Below are positions 26,990-39,143 of a stretch of DNA of 64,000 bases, piece by piece. Source of the DNA: Eledone cirrhosa (taxonomy: Eukaryota); assembly GCA_964016885.1 (NCBI GenBank), contig OZ024744.1, forward strand, positions 49,724,001 to 49,788,000, in the 5' to 3' direction. Below the pieces are notes generated by a model. It worked only from the letters and a program-made list of their open reading frames with translations. It was not told where the DNA came from and did not search any database. Position 1 is the first letter of the stretch. The number at the start of each line of letters is the position of its first letter. Made by a program: the position numbers and the translations under genes.

Positions 26990-27220
26990 TTAGGGTAAAT
27001 ATTGATGCTATTCAAATCAAGCACTCAACGTACTTATTCCACATAGGAGTGACGGAGTAAATATCGAATAAGGAAAAGCGAAGTAGTTTCAGATGTTCAA
27101 GTCCTTTAATAATAATGCTGTGATATATATTTCAATGGCGAAAGTGGCCACACTGTTCGAAAGTGGACCATGTCGATTCAATTTGGATTGCCTCGGAAAC
27201 ATAACCTTATTATGTAACAA

Positions 27221-27294
27221 GCTGTCTGACGATGTCACGAGACTGGCGCAAATAACAGTGTGGCCACTTTCGCCATTGAAATATATATCACACC
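27221..27294 (+). ncRNA. Type I hammerhead with branched stem II inside a foldback (27068-27343)
   Basis: gctgt-CTGACGA-t..tggcg...cgccatt-GAAA-tatata-TC-acacc; the inverted arm has acagc, which completes stem I. Confidence 0.6.
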
Positions 27295-27340
27295 ATTATT
27301 ATTAAAGGACTTGAACATCTGAAACTACTTCGCTTTTCCT

Positions 27341-27427
<87 letters not shown>

Positions 27428-27960
27428 TATGTACACGTACATACATATATGTATACAGACGTACAGTAGTATACATATATATATACATACATGCACACAT
27501 ATATATGTACGTATGGATTCACCGAACATTTATTATAATGCTCGGTGTATTAAGCCGTAATGTCCAGCAACCATCGCTGCTCGTTTGTTCAACACTGACA
27601 AAGGAACGCTGTGCTAGTTTCAATCTTATTAGCTATCGTCAGCAACGTATACCTAACTGCCAGATTGTTGAACGTATATACTTACCTTATGCATATTAAC
27701 GGCTGAGTAGCCCAATTTGCATATCAAGTGGGTTAATCGGCCAGGTGCACCGAAAACGATAAATGGAAAAAATGAAACGAAATTTCATTTCCCACTCTTA
27801 GTACGGCTGTTACTTAAATATAAGTATGTACACATACGTTTCATTTTTTCCGTTTATCGTTTTCGGTGCACCCGGCCGATTAACCCACTCGATATGCAAA
27901 TTGGGCTACTCAGCCGTTAATATGCATAAGGTAAGTATATACGTTCAACAATCTTGCAGG

Positions 27961-28015
27961 AAGGTATACGTTGCTGACGATAGCTAATAAGCTTGAAACT
28001 AGTACAGCCTTCCTT
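27961..28015 (+). ncRNA. Minimal type I hammerhead with palindromic loop III, in foldback 27425-28275
   Basis: gttg-CTGACGA-tagc(taataa)gctt-GAAA-ctag-TA-cagc; a mutated inverted copy lies at ~27600-27655. Confidence 0.75.
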
Positions 28016-28642
28016 TGTCAGTGTTGAACAAACGAGCAACGATGGTTGCTGGACACTACGGCTTAATACGGGATGTTTGTTTACAAACACACCGAGCATT
28101 ATAATAAATGTTCGGTGAATCCATACGTACATATATATATATATGTGTGCATGTATGTATATATATATACATACTACTGTACGTCTGTATACATATATGT
28201 ATGTACGCGTACATATTAATATTTAAGTAACAGTCGTACTAAGAGTGGGAAATGAAATTTCGTTTAATTTTTTCCAGATATATTTTAACTTTAATTATAT
28301 CTCATAAAATAATACAACTGGCTTTCCACAAAATACATATAGTTAGCACCCCAAACACTTAAATTGGGTTTATACTAACATATAACCTAATGTTTGTTGA
28401 GTGAGATGGTTACCAGTCGGAGTTTAGCTTTAAGCTATCTCTGTTATTGTATTAATATTTATATATATATATATGCTGGTGATATGCATGTAAGTAAATA
28501 TTCTCTTTATCTGATATTTTGTAACTAACCTTACATAGATCGATATCGAAGTATAGTTACGATGTATTATCATCACCTAGAAACGATAGTAAAGCAGTGA
28601 AGTATATTTCTAATGACTTGATTTTTTATTTCATTGTTTTAA

Positions 28643-28735
<93 letters not shown>

Positions 28736-29339
28736 ATAGATATGTTTGTATGTATGTTGCACACGTGTGTTTTTGTGTGTATCTGTGTGTGGTATATGTA
28801 TGTATATATTTATATATATATACGCATAGTGTATACCCAGACAGGGAAGAGCCTAGTGCCGAGGCATGCGGATACGGCAATAGCGGTGGCACTTCCATAG
28901 GTTAGAAGAAATGACCCAGTACTAGCCTCCGAGAACATGAGTAGTAACACAGTTCACCTTAATGACACAGGACCGACAATAGGACGTACTAAGGCACACA
29001 TGGTCGCTAGACCACCCAGTACACGTAGGCATGGGCCCGGCACGAACACTTCATGCATCGCGGTAACTGGAACTAGGGACAGGGTAACGATAAGTACGGC
29101 TGTGGCACCCGGTAGAGGGAACACCCGGCCTGGTAGCAGTGATATAGCCCCGACAACAGCACCACATAGTATTAAAGAGACTAACAGTAGAGCCGACAAT
29201 ACAAAACGGAATACCTTAATAAAGGAAAGGCGTAACCATGACGCCCACAGTAGACATATAGATAGAGGCAACATAGAGGACGTAATAATAGGCGGACAAA
29301 ACCCGAGACGGACATCAGACCCAAGACACACTTACACTA

Positions 29340-30215
29340 CACACACACGAAATAACAAGACTAGATCTAAGGCTGTTACATGGTTTAACGCGCCATACTC
29401 TAAGCATGTATGCAGCAGCGTGCCAGGCCTTTTTTTTCCAAGCGTTAGAAGAGTGCTTCCCGCCGTCGAACAAATACCACAAGATTTTCAACCGCCACAC
29501 GGTGAAGTTTTCCTTCTCCACAGCACCTAATATGGCCGACTATATGGCCAAAACCAACGCGGTAAAGATGGGGAACATCGACCGTCAACCGCGGCGGCAA
29601 AATGACCGTCCATCGGAGCGTGGAGGACCCTTCGGGGTCCGGCCTTCCAATAACAACCCGGACCCGCGGTGGCCGCCACGACCGTGTAAGGCGATACAAT
29701 CCAAAGCCACGAGGGAACGAGTGGCGCGGAGAAGACCATCGTGCCGGCAGAACAACACCCTGAGAATCGGGAGAAGGCCCTAGCAGATCGAGGGCCAGGC
29801 GTCCAAAGTGAACAAAACAACGACAGAACATGTAACTGCAGAGCGGGAACCAAGTGTCCGCTACAGGGAAGATGCCTGACGAAGAGCCTGGTATACAAAT
29901 GTGTGGTTAGCACCCACAATGTAAAGCGCACCCACATCGGTGCAACATCCACGACCTTTAAATCGCGGATGTATAACCACACAAACTCCTTCAAGGAGCG
30001 CAGTAAGAGGCACTCCATTAGGTTAGCGGACCTGGTGTGGGACCTGAAAGACCTGGAGTATCGTTCGAAGAGCGAATGCATACTCGGCTGGAAGTAGAAA
30101 GTGTAGCCTATGCCTATACGAGGCCATGGAAATAGTCAGACTGAAGGTTGATGCGGTCAACCTGAAATTGGAAATTATTATGACCTGCAGACACCAGAGA
30201 GGGTGCACACTCTCC
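29340..30215 (+). pseudogene. PLE C-terminal fragment (linker + GIY-YIG)
   Basis: TWFNAPYS, YHKIFNRHTVKFSFS, CNCRAGTKCPLQGRCLTKSLVYKC and HIGATSTTFKSR. Confidence 0.8.
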
Positions 30216-30566
30216 GCATGGAATCCTACAGGAAGCCCAGGTTAAGGGCTCGCGGCGGAGCATTCATCGACCAGAGCGACGAAACGGGTACATGTCTGTA
30301 CGTGTTTGTGTATATGAGCAGATATACGCGTACGCATGTGTGTGTCCATGTATGCGTGTGCGTGTGTGTGTGGGTGCGCGTGTGTGTGCGTGTGAGAGCT
30401 GATGTACGCGAGCATGTAGGCAAGCGTCTGTGGACGCGCATGTTGTTAGTTATATGGTTGTGTCCGTGTGTGTGTGTGTATGTGAGTCTGTGTATGTATA
30501 TATATATATAATAAGGGTTGACGGACCCACCATATTTATCAATACACACATACATACACATATATA

Positions 30567-30665
<99 letters not shown>

Positions 30666-30710
30666 CGTAAGATAAGAAAATTATAAAATTAACTTACTTA
30701 CTTAAATTTC

Positions 30711-30792
30711 ACTCCCAACTAATTAGTTTCTGAAAGGGATTAAACGTACTATCCGAAGATAGCACGGAGAAGCCTTTCGTCATCAGGGAAGT
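30711..30792 (-). ncRNA. Type I hammerhead with long stem II
   Basis: acttcc-CTGATGA-cgaaagg..cgtgctatc(TTCG)gatagtacg..cctttca-GAAA-ctaattag-TT-gggagt. Confidence 0.75.
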
Positions 30793-31804
30793 CTATTCTC
30801 AGCTAAGTTTCCAGGCAATACGTGGACACAGGGAACTTATACAAAAATAATTCAGTGGATGGAAAAAGCAAAGCGAGGACTAATTCCAAACCATTGATAA
30901 AATCACTGCCTACTGCGTCGGTGGCAAATTCAAAAGAATCAATCACGTGACATCGAGGTCAATCAGTGGATAGTGGTTTGTTAGTAAGACAGCAGCCGTA
31001 CTGATACTATAGCAGCAGTTTTGGCCATTTTTGCTCGACAAATAATTTTGGAGATAATTATAAAGAATTAGTATATCTAGTAACATATATATACACAGAT
31101 GCATACTTATGTTAGCAAATATATAGGTTTTGTCTTAGTAACTATGTGGTTCAATGCATGGGGTAGCAGAACAATAATACTAAGTAAGTAAGTTAATTTT
31201 ATAATTTTCTTATTTTACGTCTCTCATATTATTGTTCTGCTACCCCATGCATTGAACCACATAGTTACTAAGACAAAACCTATATATTTTCTAACATAAG
31301 TATGCATCTGTGTATATATATGTTACTAGATATACTAATTCTTTATATATATATATAGGTATATATGTGTATGTATGTGTGTATGTATGTATATTTGTGT
31401 GTATGTGTATATGTGTATGTATGTGTGTGGGTATATGTGTATATGTGTGTGTGAGTGGACTTGTGAAATACCAAACCCAGCATGAATTCATTGAAGTGTG
31501 TCAGCCAGAGGGTAGCTGATGGAGAGTCCGACAGCAACTATTGGCCACAATTTATGATGACGTAGAAAAACAACACCGATCAGCAGAATAAGCGAGGAAG
31601 ATGTTTTTTTACGCTAACACCCCAGTGAGAAAATTTGATCCGGAATTATTGCCAGTGTCCGACGAACCTGCAGTTTCCAGAATCAGACAGATTCATACAA
31701 TGGTCGTGTCTCGAGTTGTCTGCCAGCGAAACAATTGTAACACACAATAAATTGAGTCCAGATGCATCACTGATTTTTCGTTTTATATATTATATATAGG
31801 AAAA

Positions 31805-31990
31805 TGTATGACCCCGACGGCAGAGCTCAAGCCGTTTCGACGGCTATTTCTGGACAGAAATAGCCGTCGAAACGGCTTGAGCTCTGCCGTCGGGGTCATA
31901 TATTTTCCTATTACCCACTCTACTACCCTAAGTATTGAGTACTCAGGTGCGTTATGGTCCATTTGGTTCCTTACAACAACCCCTTCGTTA
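31805..31990. repeat. Foldback fragment of the 16-20 kb PLE pseudo-LTR containing the HHR 3' half
   Basis: Near-perfect ~95-nt hairpin, with sequence matching 16001-16135. Confidence 0.75.
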
Positions 31991-32000
31991 TATATATATA

Positions 32001-33182
32001 CTATCTGACGTACCCAGCTTCACCCGGGTAAACAGATGATAAGAGAAGACAGGTAAAAGAGAAAATGACTGTATTGGATGTTTGTCTGGTTACAGTATGA
32101 GGCGAGTCCGTGGTGTCTGTGTGATACAAAGAACAGTAAAAAAATATTCCAGATATACCAGATTCTTCGTTGTACCGTTTGTGCATAGTATATGAACAAT
32201 TCTAGGTGCTCCCACCTAGAATAGTGACCTCTAGGAGATGGTTCATCTTCTGCCTGACTGTAAAACGTGTATCATTGCATAGACGTGGTTGTTCCACGTT
32301 TCTCAAAAGGATGATGGAAGTTCCAATCTTTTATATTATATGTAGATATAGATATAGATAATTAATATAAAAGATGATGCTCAGCCAGTTCGTCTTCAAC
32401 CATCGCAGCACGCCGTCGCTGCTTGGCTCCAGTGTTTCATTGGCGTTGTTCAGCCAGCTCCTCTTCATTCATGGCGGTACGTCTTCGCCTCTGAAGTTCG
32501 GCGTTCCGATGGCGCTGTTCGGCCCGTTTTTCTTCATTCCTGGCTGCACGCCGTCGCTGCTGTAGTTCACTGTTTGATAAAGTCGAATTGCTTTTATTAT
32601 CAGTATTCATTTCGAGCAATTGTAAAAGAATGACACAATAATAAATATAAAAGATGTCCGTCAATGTAAAAAAAGGTCCCTATTTACTCCCTTCACAACT
32701 CTGTGTATGTTAGACTGACAGACAGGCACACAGACAGACACATACACGCATACACGCATGGAAACGCGCACACACACGCAAACTTACACACGCACCCGTG
32801 CACTTACACACACGCACACACTCACATATGTTGATAGTTTTTACTTTCTGTGGAACGCTGCACGCACGCATACACACATAAACATACGCGCACGTACATA
32901 CACACGCACACATGTTAATAGTTATTGCTTTGCTTCCCCTCTTATTTCCACACACATCACACACACACATCTCTCTACACTGACACATACACATAGTGTA
33001 TCCAACACAGCGTTCACTTTGCCTCTCTGTTTCTTACTCTCTTCTCTCACTCCCTCATTGGCATTATGCTTATTAATTTAAGTTTGGCGTCGTTGAGGTG
33101 GGCGGAGTCGTTTGAAACCTAAAAGTCATAATCGAGAATTATGACACATGGAATACTGACATTGTTGAAATTAATATATAGA
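32001..33182 (-). mobile_element. Non-autonomous Helitron-like element
   Basis: Minus strand begins A|TC at 33182 and ends with a cccgg/ctggg hairpin and ATAG|T (degenerate CTAG). Internal RRRAA..EE..AEQR peptide repeats. Confidence 0.55.
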
Positions 33183-33357
33183 TATATATATATATACTAG
33201 CATTGCTCGAGATTTGCTCTAGGGTTCTTATATATTTTATATATATTTATCCTTATCGAGCCTCGTGAAATAAATACGTTTGTTTATATTTTGTTATTGT
33301 GTATGCAAATATATCTGTACATTGTATATTGTATAATTATATATATATATAATTCAA

Positions 33358-33434
<77 letters not shown>

Positions 33435-33437
33435 CAA

Positions 33438-34126
33438 CCTTCAGGAAAAATCCTTTCATAGTACCTTCTTTGAGAAAACTGAATTTAGAGATCCATAGAC
33501 ATGGAACTAATTAAAAAGAGGAGACCTTAAACAGGCTACAGAAAGAATGCTAATGGCTGCGCAAGAGCAGGCCCCCAAAACGAAGTGGCTGAAACACCTT
33601 ATTTACAAGGAGGAGGCTAGCCCACTGTGTAGGATCTGTGGAGAGAAAGGGGAGACTGTGGCTCACGTTGTATCCGAGTGTAAACACCTAGCCCAGACTC
33701 ACTATAAGGAGACATGATGTGATGGGCAGGGTGATCCACTGGCACCTATGCAAAGTAAACAATTTACCACATTCTGAGAAGTGGTATGAGCATAAGCCAG
33801 AGTCGGTGATAGAAAACGATCAGGTGAAGGTGCTGTAGGATTTTAGGATACAGACGGACAAGAAACTGGAACACAATAGACCTGACCTGGTGGTTTTGTA
33901 CAAGGAAAAAAGATCGTGTCTGATTGTGGATGTAGCCTGCCCATTTGACACGAGAGTGCAAGAGAAGGAGAGGGAGAAAATTAACCGATACCAGGACTTA
34001 AAATGGGAGGTAAAAAGGATTTGGAACTGCCATGAAGTCAAAGTTGTCCCGATTGTCATAGGCGCACTAGGTACTATCTCAAAGTGTTTCCAAGGATGGT
34101 TAAAGAAAATGACTGAGACTCAAAGA
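33438..34126 (+). mobile_element. Degenerate 3' fragment of the Dong-like LINE
   Basis: CCHC/RLE region with stops and a 3' deletion; ends in (TAA)n. Confidence 0.85.
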
Positions 34127-34140
34127 GTAATAACAACAAC

Positions 34141-34209
<69 letters not shown>

Positions 34210-34211
<2 letters not shown>

Positions 34212-35255
34212 GAGGAGTGATGTCGATAGACTCTACCTAAGGAGATCTGAGGGTGGAAGAGGTCTTATCAGCATAGAGGACTGTGTTCAGATGGAGAAAA
34301 ACAACCTATACAAATACGTGACCTATAGTAAGGAGCCAATGCTCAGAGCTGTACTGAAGGAGGGGACAGTAGGCCAGGGGATACCCAAGGAGGAAATAAC
34401 ATCAAGGAGGAAGAGCAGCCTTAAGGGAAAATCCCTTCATAGTACCTTCTTTGAGAAAACTGAATTTAGAGATCCACAGACATGGAACTGGTTGAGAAGA
34501 GGAGACCTCAAAAAGGCTACAGAAGGAATGCTAATGGCTGCGCAGGAGCAGGCCCTCAAAACGAAGTGGTTGAAGCACCATATCTACAAGGAGGAGGCTA
34601 GCCCACTGTGCAGGATCTGTGGAGAGAGAGAGGAGACTGTGGCTCACATTGTGTCCGAGTGTAAACACCTAGCCCAGACCCACTATAAGGGCTGGAGACA
34701 CGATGTGATGGGCAGGGTGATCCACTGGCACCTGTGCAAAGTAAACAATCTACCACATTCTGAGAAATGGTATGAGCATAGGCCAGAGGCGGTGATGGAG
34801 AACAGTCATGTGAAGGTGCTGTGGGATTTTAGGATACAGACGGACAAAAAACTGGAACACAATAGACCTGACCTGGTGGTTGTGGACAAAGAAAAAAGAT
34901 CGTGCCTGATTGTGGATGTGGCCTGCCCGTTCGACACGAGAGTGCAAGAGAAGGAGAGGGAGAAAATTAACCGATACCAGGACCTAAAGTGGGAGGTGAA
35001 AAGGATTTGGAACTGCCATGAAGTCAAAGTGATCCCGATTGTCATAGGCGCACTGGGGACTATCTCCAAAGGTTTCCAGGGATGGTTAAAGAAAATCGGC
35101 CCCTTCACGCTTTTTGGAACGCTTCAAAAGGCATGCTTGCTTGGAACGGCAAGAACCCTCCGATACGTCCTGAATATCTGAGGCTGCAGGTAGTGGCTTG
35201 ATATTCAATCCAACGGACTTTCCAGTTAACCAACATCAATGACTGAGATTCAAGG
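34210..35255 (+). mobile_element. 5'-truncated Dong-like LINE in (TAA)n
   Basis: ORF 34291-35181 is near-identical to the C-terminus of the 39144 ORF. Confidence 0.92.
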
Positions 35256-35267
35256 AATAACAATAAC

Positions 35268-35305
<38 letters not shown>

Positions 35306-35307
<2 letters not shown>

Positions 35308-37986
35308 GTCAAATCAGGGAAATGAGAAATGACATTGGAAAGGTTGAGTCCCTACTGAATGGGACACTAAAAATCATAGACACAAAAAATAGACTAGAAA
35401 TAAAGTACAAAACTAGGAGGAAAAAGCTAAATATTATCATAGAGGAACTGAAGCAACGCATTGTAGCAAAGAGTGCAAAAATTAGGCGATATGAGAGCAG
35501 AGTCAGTCAGTAGAGACAGAACCGCATGTTTGACAACAACCAGAAGATGCTGTTTGGACAGCTTGAAGGGAAAGAAAGAGGCAACGACTTGATCCCTGAG
35601 GCGGAACAAACTAAGACATTCTGGAGAGGAATATGGGAGCAGGATGTTAAACATAATGACCAGGCAGTGTGGATTGAGACAGTACAAAAGGGGATTAGTG
35701 AACAGACACACCAACAAACTGATTTGAGTATCACAGTTGAAATTCTTAAGGGGCAGGCCAAAAAACTAACCAACTGGAAATCACCAGGCCCAGATGGTGT
35801 GCAGGGGTATTGGATTAAAAATATAACATCCCTCCACCCGAAACTGACAACCATGTTCAATGACTGCTTGATGTCAGGTGAGGTACCAGAGTGGTTGACA
35901 AAAGGTACCACAGTTCTGGTAATGAAAGACCGAATCAAGGGTAATGATGTTACCAACTATAGACCTATCACATGTCTGTCCGTAATGTGGAAACTGTTGA
36001 TAAGCATTATGTCTGAGGAAATCTACCATCACCTCCACACAAACAACTTGTTACTGGACGAACAGAAAGGATGCCGAAAGAAGTCCCGTGGTACAAAGGA
36101 CCAGTTACTTATTGATAAGATGGTAATGAGGAATTGCAGGAGACACACTGATCTTGCCATGGGATGGATAGACTACAAAAAGGCATTTGACATGGTGCCT
36201 CATTCTTAGATAACCAAAAGCCTAGAGATCTTCAAGGTGGCAGATGACATCAGACAGTTGTTGGGCAAAAGTATGAAGTCCTGGAAAACAGAGTTAACAT
36301 AAGCTGGAGAATCCTTGTGAGGCGTGAATATCAAGAGAGGTATCTTCCAGGGAGATAGTCTGTCCCCTCTGTCGTTTGTCCTTGCCCTGATCCCCCTGAC
36401 CATTATACTGCGAAAAGTGAGAGCAGGATACAATTTTGGAAAGGGCGGGCTTACCATCAATCACCTCCTCTTCATGGACGATCTTAAGCTCTTCGGGAAG
36501 AGTGAGAACGAGTTGGATGTGCTTGTTGACATTGTCCGTATTTTCAGCAATGATATATGTATGCAATTTGGTATTAGTAAGTGTGGAGTCCTTGTGATGA
36601 AGAGGGGTAAATTGAGCAGAAGCAACGGAATCCAGGTACCAACAGGTGAGATGATAAAGGAAATTGACACTGAAGAAGGATACAAGTATTTGGGTGTTCT
36701 GGAGGCTGATGACATCAAGAACAAAAAAATGAAGGAATTGATAAGATCTGAATACCTTCGGAGAATAAGGAGCGTATTAAAGTCACATCTGAACAGTAGG
36801 AATGCCATAAGTGCAGTAAATTCCCGAGCTGTGTCTATTATTAGGTACAGTGCGGGAATTCTGAGATGGAATGTTGCTGAACAAAAAGAAATGGATAGGA
36901 AGACTAGGAAGTTATTGACTATCTACAACATGTTCCACAAGAGGAGTGATGTCGATAGACTCTACTTAAGGAGATCTGAGGGTGGAAGAGGTCTTATCAG
37001 CATAGAGGACTGTGTTCAGATGGAGAAAAACAACCTACACAAATACGTGACCTATAGTAAGGAGCCAATGCTCAGAACTGTACTGAAGGAGAGGACAATA
37101 GGCCAGGGGATGTCCAAGGAGGAAATAACATCAAGGAGAAAGAGCACCCTTCATGAAAAATCCCTTCATAGTACCATCTTTGAGAAAACTGAGTTCAGAG
37201 ATCCACAGACATGGAACTGGTTGAAAAGAGGAGATCTTAAAAAGGCTACAGAAGGAATGTTAATGGCTGCGCAGGAGCAGGCCCTCAAAACGAAGTGGTT
37301 GAAACACCACATTTGCAAGGAGGAGGCTAGCCCACTGTGCAGGATCTGTGGAGAGAGAGAGGAGACTGTGGCTCACATTGTATCCGAGTGTAAACACCTA
37401 GCCCAGACTAACTATAAGGGCTGGAGACATGATGTGATGGGCAGGGTGATCCACTGGCACCTATGCAAAGTAAACAATTTACCACATTCTGAGAAGTGGT
37501 ATGAGCATAAGCCAGAGGCGGTGATAGAAAACGATCAGGTGAAGGTGCTGTGGGATTTTAGGATACAGACGGACAAGAAACTGGAACACAATAGACCTGA
37601 CCTGGTGGTTTTGGGCAAAGAAAAAAGATCGTGCCTGATTGTGGATGTGGCCTGCCCATTCGACACGAGAGTGCAAGAGAAGGAGAGGGCTAAAATTAAC
37701 CGATACCAGGACTTAAAGTGGGAGGTAAAAAGGATTTGGAACTGCCATGAAGTCAAAGTGGTCCCGATTGTCATAGGCGCACTAGGTACTTTCTCAAAAA
37801 GTTTCCAGGGATCGTTAAAGAAAATTGGCCCCGCCACGCTTTTTGGAACGCTTCAAAAGGTATGCTTGCTGGGAACAGCAAGAACTCTCCGATACGTCCT
37901 GAATATCTGAGGCTGCAGGTAGTGGCTTGATATTCATTTCAACAAACTTTCCAGTTAACTAACATCAATGACTGAGACTCAAAGAG
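35306..37986 (+). mobile_element. Older 5'-truncated Dong-like LINE with stops
   Basis: ORF pieces 35322-35513, 35526-36209 and 36324-37910 are collinear with the full-length copy. Confidence 0.92.
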
Positions 37987-37996
37987 TAAATACAAT

Positions 37997-38064
<68 letters not shown>

Positions 38065-38069
38065 GGGAA

Positions 38070-38630
38070 TAAGGGAAGAAGACGCACGAGGTGACGGAGG
38101 TCATGAAATCGCTCCCGTAAGTTTTGAATTTTTAACATATTTAAATCATTTGTGAAATAACAACTCTTAGTACAAATGCTACGTAAAGCACCCGGCTTGA
38201 GCCCCAAAAAATTCGGACCCAAAATATATTGTTATAAGGCTCAAATATTCAAATATTCAACTTTGTATTGTACACTGTATATCCAAAAAAAAAAAAAATG
38301 GCTATAAATGGAAGAAGAAGAAACCCCCCCCCCCCTCCTCTCCTCTGGCTACACTATATAGGACAGCTAAACTCACCAACACTAGAAACTAGATACACCA
38401 CCCACCCCATCATCTGTGTACACTAAACACAACAGCATTTTCACCTTCACCGCCACCGCTCACTACGGCCATCATTACCACCACTAACCCATCACCGCCG
38501 CCACCACCCCTTGACTCCTTCACTGCTGCTGCCACCGCTACAGCACCATCACTACAGTAATACGGTCGCATCACCGCCACCACTGCCTCGGTATCGACAT
38601 CACCACCACCACTGTCTCAGTATCGCCAAC
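38070..38630 (+). repeat. Non-coding module; inverted copy of 2410-3056
   Basis: Direct sequence comparison with 2410-3056. Confidence 0.85.
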
Positions 38631-39143
38631 GCCGCCAGGCTCTGCTGGCTGCCACTTCCACATTATAGAATTCCTACTACTAACAAAGAGGAAGGCATCA
38701 AAATATATAGATAGACTCAAAAGAAAAAAGAAAAAACAAACAACAAAACCAAAGCAGCACAGCAACAACAGCAAAAAACGAGAAAAACAAACAGAGAAAA
38801 ACAAAAACAAAAAAAGAAACCCCAAAAACGTAAAGAAAATAAGAATGAAGAGAGAAGCAGGCGGACGGACAGAGAAGAGGGGGGAAAAAGTAAAACTTAA
38901 AAAACAAAAACTAAGTCAGACATTCGAATACTACATTACAATGAAACTTATGCTTATTCATTTTTGGGGCCCTTTCTGCCCGTGTGTTTGTTTGTTTATG
39001 TGTGTTCGTATACAGCGTGGTGATAATACCACACAAGGGCCAAGTGGGATGGCGGATCCACAGATGGCTATGTAAACATACATTCGCCAATCCTCGATAA
39101 GAGTGTTTAAATATCGAACATAAACAGTTCGAATAACGGTGAA

